A stretch of DNA of 64,000 bases from Tubiluchus corallicola. Taxonomy: Eukaryota > Animalia > Priapulida. A model generated the notes under the pieces. That model did no database searches, was not told the DNA's origin, and was given only the letters and a program-made list of their open reading frames with translations. Shown in pieces: positions 60,990-64,000 of the stretch (its first letter is position 1; every line of letters starts with the position of its first letter). The DNA lies in assembly GCA_030141605.1 (NCBI GenBank), contig JAQGDQ010000130.1:1-64000 (forward strand), read 5' to 3'. The position numbers and the translations under genes are program-made.

Positions 60990-61436
60990 CAGGGCTGTAA
61001 ACACCAGTTCAAAATTCCTCCTTGACAACAGGAACTAATTCAAGTTCCTAGTTACTCTAACATTTTTTTAAAAAAAGAAACCAGTTCCAGTTCCAAGTTT
61101 CTTTTCACCAAAAAGAAATCCAGTTCCCATGTGCAAAGACTAAAAAACTGAGTTATTTTCTGTAAATTATTCACAGAAAAATCCATGGTAAAGGACCTAA
61201 CATACCTGGTATCTCTTAAATAGTTCTATCAGCAACTAAACATGCCGAACATTGTAAAAATTGTCAGAACTAATTCTATGTGGAACTTGGAAAGCAAGTT
61301 ATTTGAGGGACAAAGGGAACTAATTTCAGTTCCAAGTTCCATTTTGTTATGATGAACTAGTTCCAGTTCAAAGTACCTGAAGAAGAAGCTTCTTCTAAGT
61401 TTTTCTTTCCATGAACTAGATTCTTTCACAACCCTG
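60990..61436. mobile_element. hAT-like MITE
   Basis: Termini CAGGGCTGTAAA / TTCACAACCCTG with many internal CAGTTCC/GAACTA subterminal motifs; no TSD. Confidence 0.65.
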
Positions 61437-62439
61437 CCTGACATGTGCGCATCTTAGCTACTAAGACATCTCTGTTAGTGTGAAAAAATATCATTTACTA
61501 ATGATGTAAGTTAAGACCTGCCACAAATGTCAATGTGTCAATTAAACATAAGACTTAGTGGGTTTTGAAATGTGCTGCAAAAACTCATTACGTAGGCTAG
61601 ATCTACAGGGTGTTCCAGAAGAACGTTGTTGCAGTGATCAAATCACAAGAAATCTTACCTTGAATTTCTGCTTACTAATATCATAACGAAGCACAAATAC
61701 CATTTTATCTGTATAATTTCGATTTCCTATTAACTTGGTCTTGTACATTCCAGTCTTTCGACGGTACTGCTTTTTCCTGAAATATCCAGTATTTTTGTAG
61801 TTTCTTGGAAAAGTTTCTCGTTATGAGAAAAAGCCGTAGCAAGAGATCTTTAAGGGTTGGTTAGCATGCAACAAGAATTTCGCAAGTATTTTTGATAATC
61901 GGTTAATTTCTGTTTTGTCTGTTCGATAATTATTAAACATGAATTGGTAATCTTCATTTTGATTCGCAATGAGTCGGTAGTCCAACTACTCGTCATAATC
62001 GACACTCCTTAACTTTCACAACGGTTATCCGATTTGAGTTAAACTTTCCTAGGTAATTATAATATAGGTATTCTACCTATATTAATGTCATCGCTATATA
62101 GAGTTTATAGACGCATGTATAGTGCTCCAAACATGGTTTTATTAGTGCTTTAACATCACCTTCCGTAGCGCCGCCACCTCGTAGACACGCCCCCGTACGT
62201 GCAAATCTCGCATGCTTCAATATCAATCTAATATTCGCCGAGAGATTTTGCTGCAAATTCTATATTAAAATGAAGTGGCAATCAAGGGTTTAGTGTCCGC
62301 GCTTAATTACGACATTTTCCTGCAAAAGCTTAGCCGCCGGTGTTCATTAGTAGTGAGGGATGGTAATCAGAGAGGGTGAAAATTGTTTTGTTCAGTCGTT
62401 GCGAAACCAAATAAATTTATTTATGGAAATAAAATTTCA

Positions 62440-62482
62440 CGAAAGAAAAGAAGAGATTACAGTGAAAAATTTAGAATGAAAA

Positions 62483-62530
<48 letters not shown>

Positions 62531-62825
62531 AAGAGCTAATGAGAGAGATACAGAGGGACAAACGGAGAAAAAGAAAAGGAAAACGAGAGAGCGCTGAGAA
62601 TGAGTGAAAGAAGAAGAGAAAGTGGGAGACACACACACACACACGCACGCACGCTCGCACGCTCGCACGCACGCACACACACACACACACAGAGGTTCTT
62701 TCATTCATTCAAAATAATTTATTTATAAAATATAAGTACAACTTACATATATATTTGATATATTTTGCATATATTTATATATAGTATACATATATTGTAT
62801 ATAGTATATATATATATATATATTG
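62440..62825. repeat. (GA)n, (CA)/(GCAC)n and (TA)n microsatellite cluster
   Basis: Direct inspection. Confidence 0.92.
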
Positions 62826-63724
62826 TAATTTGTAATATTTTATATTGAGAGTATAAGAGAGAAAGAGAGGGGGAAAGACAGAAGAAAAAGAAAAGAAAGA
62901 GAATCAAAACAGACAGTGTAAAGTGTAAACGCAGCTTTTCACTGAGATCACCCATAGCCTTCTCACAATTTTACCCTCAATTCGCTGATCATACTTCCAC
63001 ACCTTCTCTTCGTGTCTGGAGGCATGCAACTCATTAACATAAAACTGAAATTTTTCACCCAAACGCTGATTGCTAATATTTGTCAACCTTTCTTCTTGTT
63101 CTTGTTGACACGATAATGACTGAGTTTAACGCAGCTGCCGCCATTTTGATTGTCGTAATAACCTTAATTGTCTAACGCTTGAAAAATGACGTCAGTTTAA
63201 TAGAAGTTAATTGAGAAAGACATGAAAATGCGCTTTGCACAATAAATATGATGTATTCGCCTGGATAAAGGGGAAGTTGTCGAGGAAGGATGAAGAAGAG
63301 AAAGAGTGAACTACCACAAAGCTTGTATTTTTTTCGTCTCGCATTTTATCATTTTAAATACGTTTTATTTATTTATCTCAAACCATGTATATTATAGTCC
63401 AAGCTATTTCTGCAATTTCTTAATTACAACAATTTTTCTACAAAAATGATTATACATTTTTATGTATGCACGGTCACACGATCACGATCAGCATAAGTGT
63501 ATTTAGCACTGCTGATTTCAAACTTTATATTTTGTAATGTTTGCTAAATAAAGATAAATAAAAGAATTGATGAATAGTAAAAAAGATTGATATATGAACA
63601 TTTTTGAACATTTTTGAACAGCAAAAAAACACTATAATAACTTAAGAACACAATAGACGATTTTGCCAAAGCATGTGGAAGATAATGCTAATGGTGGTAA
63701 CCACAAATGGCAATATTTCAGTGA

Positions 63725-64000
63725 CGCAATGATGATGATGATGATGAAGGTGATGATTATGATAGGGATGATTATTATGATGGCGATAATGAGAACAATG
63801 ACGATAATGGTGAAAATGATGATGATGATGACAATGGTGAATGACGATGATTATGATGACGTAGACGATTATTGTGACAATGATGACAATCACGACAACG
63901 CTGACGACGACGACGACGACGACGACGATGATGATGATGATGATGATGATGATGATAACGACGACGATAACGACGACAACGACACCGATAATAAGGATGA
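63725..64000. repeat. (GAT)/(GAC)n microsatellite
   Basis: Direct inspection; runs to the window end. Confidence 0.92.

Overview
AT-rich animal (invertebrate-like) genomic DNA, not prokaryotic. Three protein-coding genes are supported: a single-coding-exon DUF229-like, type II membrane alkaline-phosphatase-superfamily gene (+, 6925-8934); a six-coding-exon Rap1 GTPase (-, 14946-21912) that the ORF track misses and that I assembled by hand from GT-AG exons; and an intronless Beta3/BHLHE22-type (Olig family) bHLH gene (-, 33407-34090). About 30 kb upstream of the bHLH gene has no supportable CDS and looks like a regulatory gene desert. The rest is decayed non-LTR retrotransposons (including a 3.85 kb PHD-APE-RT LINE with a tail and a candidate TSD, nested in a TTCGAA-rich element), several MITE-like elements, and micro/minisatellites. 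I cannot demonstrate a new biological system. The best leads are the intact catalytic-looking motifs of the DUF229 protein, the Rap2-like CCxCaaX tail on Rap1, and two templated duplications inside (TA)n tracts. All family assignments come from motif recognition; no database was searched.
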